Shown one piece after another: positions 63,781 through 64,000 of a DNA stretch of 64,000 bases. Position numbers and translations under genes: made by a program. Each line of letters opens with the position of its first letter. Position 1 is the first letter of the stretch. The notes beneath the pieces are model-generated. The model was not told where the DNA came from. It made no database searches and was given only the letters and a program-made list of their open reading frames with translations. Source of the stretch: Chara braunii (lineage: Eukaryota > Plantae > Charophyceae); contig BFEA01000006.1 of assembly GCA_003427395.1 (NCBI GenBank), forward strand, positions 6,776,700-6,840,699, read 5' to 3'.

Positions 63781-64000
63781 GTGCCTCTGTTGCCCATCAG
63801 ACGCTCTGTGTCTTCCGAAGGAGATTTCAAAGTGGAGGCTCTGCAACGCAATGTACTACGCCTTGAAAATTGGAAAAGCCGTTTCAGAACTGAAGATCGT
63901 GCGTGTACCTGTTTACAACAACTTGAAAAGTCATTTGTAAGGATGGCTGCGGGGTTAGAGCTTACCTGTTGGCCGAATCGATCAATGGAAAACTCCCTCT

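Overview
Repeat-rich eukaryotic scaffold with N-gaps and one library-adapter artefact. Plant-type U2/U6/25S rRNA sequence, a plant CDC48B-like gene and Gypsy-dominated repeats suggest a green-plant lineage, possibly a charophyte such as Chara (inference). Contents: a decayed Ty3/gypsy element (1-~9.1 kb, +); several large LTRs that differ in their bodies but share a terminal AATACCCTTGTAAGGGTATT hairpin and CCGACA end; a nested stack (LTR B2 > LTR D with 4-bp TSD > full-length L1/Tx1-type LINE with 13-bp TSD); a hAT-like MITE; the first three coding exons of a CDC48B/AFG2B(SPATA5L1)-type AAA ATPase; and a decayed chromovirus in its intron. The strongest unexplained signal is inside the LTRs. 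Four copies from two LTR families carry an antisense ~86-nt Pol III-type small-RNA cassette (A box, B box, covarying terminal stem, T4-5 terminator). Related LTRs also carry captured host ncRNA pieces (a rearranged 25S rRNA mosaic, the 3' half of U6). All alignments and folds were done by eye; no searches were run.
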